Positions 63,959-64,000 of a DNA stretch of 64,000 bases are shown here, piece after piece; positions within the stretch are counted from its first letter, which is position 1; each line of letters opens with the position of its first letter. Position numbers and translations under genes: made by a program. The notes under the pieces are model-generated. The model was not told the DNA's origin and made no database searches. It saw only the letters and a program-made list of their open reading frames with translations. This DNA is from Rhynchobatus australiae (taxonomy: Eukaryota): NCBI GenBank assembly GCA_034780895.1, contig JAUZTB010000065.1, forward strand, positions 28,853,724-28,917,723, in the 5' to 3' direction.

Positions 63959-64000
63959 NNNNNNNNNNNNNNNNNNNNNNNCTCCCTGGACTCACCATCT

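Overview
AT-rich, gappy vertebrate genomic DNA. The repeat content (CR1/HER1-type LINEs, V-SINEs, Deu-SINEs, Penelope remnants, Rex1/Babar) suggests a cartilaginous fish; this is inference. The + strand carries the last three coding exons of ILRUN (C6orf106) at 7002-7199, 7606-7934 and 17216-17251, followed by a ~3.1 kb 3' UTR with no recognisable repeats. The rest is mostly intronic or intergenic and rich in decayed retroelements. Three observations stand out. (1) About nine dispersed Penelope-derived repeats share a decayed minimal type I hammerhead ribozyme motif, including a 99-bp mini-copy with a perfect 10-bp TSD that begins at the ribozyme stem. (2) A lone, splice-intact 159-bp WDR75-like exon lies on the - strand with no other WDR75 exon recognised. 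(3) A ~300-bp teleost-like signal-peptide gene fragment sits in the last ILRUN intron next to a 100-N gap, probably a contamination graft and possibly horizontal transfer. All homology calls are from recalled sequences, not database searches. Repeat boundaries are approximate.
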